Assembly (NCBI RefSeq): GCF_004010195.1
Contig: NC_057720.1
Coordinates: forward strand, 17,286,179-17,350,178
Reading direction: 5' to 3'
Source: Chiloscyllium plagiosum
Lineage: Eukaryota
Length of the DNA: 64,000 bases
Under the pieces are notes generated by a model. It was not told the origin of the DNA. It saw nothing but the letters and a program-made list of their open reading frames with translations, and did no database searches. Numbering within the stretch: the first letter of the stretch is position 1; every line of letters starts with the position of its first letter. Positions 63,167-64,000 of this stretch are shown one piece after another. The position numbers and the translations under genes are program-made.

Positions 63167-63721
63167 GTAACCAGGTCAGAATAGAGCCGGCAGGAGCATT
63201 CCTGTAGCAGGCGGGAGAAAAATGCAAGGGCTTAAAAAGAAATTCACCTACACACAGCTGGGATTGTAACGTCTGTGCAAACACTTTGATTGTGTTGTTC
63301 CAAGGCTCTTGTTTACATATTAGAGTCAGTGTTTAAAGTGGGCTTAAAGATGTAATTTTAAGAAAACACGTTTTGGGAGGGAGAGCCAAGTTATAGCTCG
63401 GAGGGAAGAGGTAAAATAAATTGCCATTTATTTTATCGAGAACAGATGCAAATAAGTTCGCGTTAACAGGACCGTTTCGTTATTTCTATGGGTGCAATTG
63501 TTTTAACTAGGTGAATGAACTGCCTAAAATACAACAAAGTCTATTTGTTCTTTTAAAATGTGATTGTCTAATAGATTTTTGAATTATCAGGAACTTCTTG
63601 CCGGTATTTTTTCCGCTATGTCGACACCGGTTTAAACTAGATAATTCATTGTCAACAAAAGTTTAAAGCATGTCAGCAAGAAGCTTCTGCTAACTCGAAT
63701 ATGATTAGACAAATTTTAAAA

Positions 63722-63775
63722 TACAGGGCGCGGTTTTCTTATTGGGCAGTCACTTGTCTGGTTATAAAGTTGTAC
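63722..63775 (+). promoter_or_regulatory. Candidate second, TATA-type promoter
   Basis: gggcgcgg, attgg (inverted CCAAT), E-box cacttg and ttataaag within ~45 bp, followed by CpG-retaining sequence. Confidence 0.35.
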
Positions 63776-64000
63776 GGTCCCACAAATTAGATTCCGCCTG
63801 CCACTCACTTACAAATTTTGTCCGGTTACGCATGTCGCCGAACAATCCCTGGACTAATTTTGTGAAAGGAGGAGAACTACCAATGAAATCTTCTGTGACC
63901 ACTATGTTATGCACCATGTTCGCGTATATATTTTTCAAAATATTATAGCAAAAGGTTGAAGGAGGAAAAGGGCCCATTAGAGACTCAGAAGGGATTTACA

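Noticed and set aside
1..64000. CRISPR array, operon or other prokaryotic system
   Set aside because: Eukaryotic intron and intergenic DNA. The repeats are dispersed transposon pieces, not regularly spaced repeat-spacer units.

Overview
Repeat-dense vertebrate genomic DNA. The repeat repertoire (HE1/V-SINEs, HER1/CR1 LINEs, Deu-type SINEs, Penelope-like elements) indicates a shark. The window appears to be the head-to-head interval between two genes. On the - strand there is a CpG-island promoter and non-coding exon 1 (~17.8-18.3 kb), then an exon at 2980-3208 encoding a 20-aa signal peptide with a phase-1 donor, best matching TGFBR3 (betaglycan). A second CpG-island promoter and non-coding first exon starts on the + strand at ~63 kb; by synteny it may be BRDT, which is inference only. 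The rest is mostly decayed mobile DNA: a class I (gamma/epsilon-like) endogenous retrovirus with LTRs, tRNA-Ser PBS and gag/pol/env remnants (36.5-45.0 kb), a GalEa-like Ty1/copia relic, a hAT transposase relic, two Penelope-like families with hammerhead-ribozyme motifs, and many CR1 copies. About a dozen short, mostly fold-back insertions built from a Penelope terminus each carry a 13-17 bp target-site duplication. Other observations are a ~105-bp-arm hairpin whose loop copies a sequence 0.8 kb upstream, convergent CTCF motifs around the first promoter, and a 539-N gap. Almost all ORF-track entries are repeat-derived or spurious. All calls were made by eye, and the ends of old repeats are approximate.
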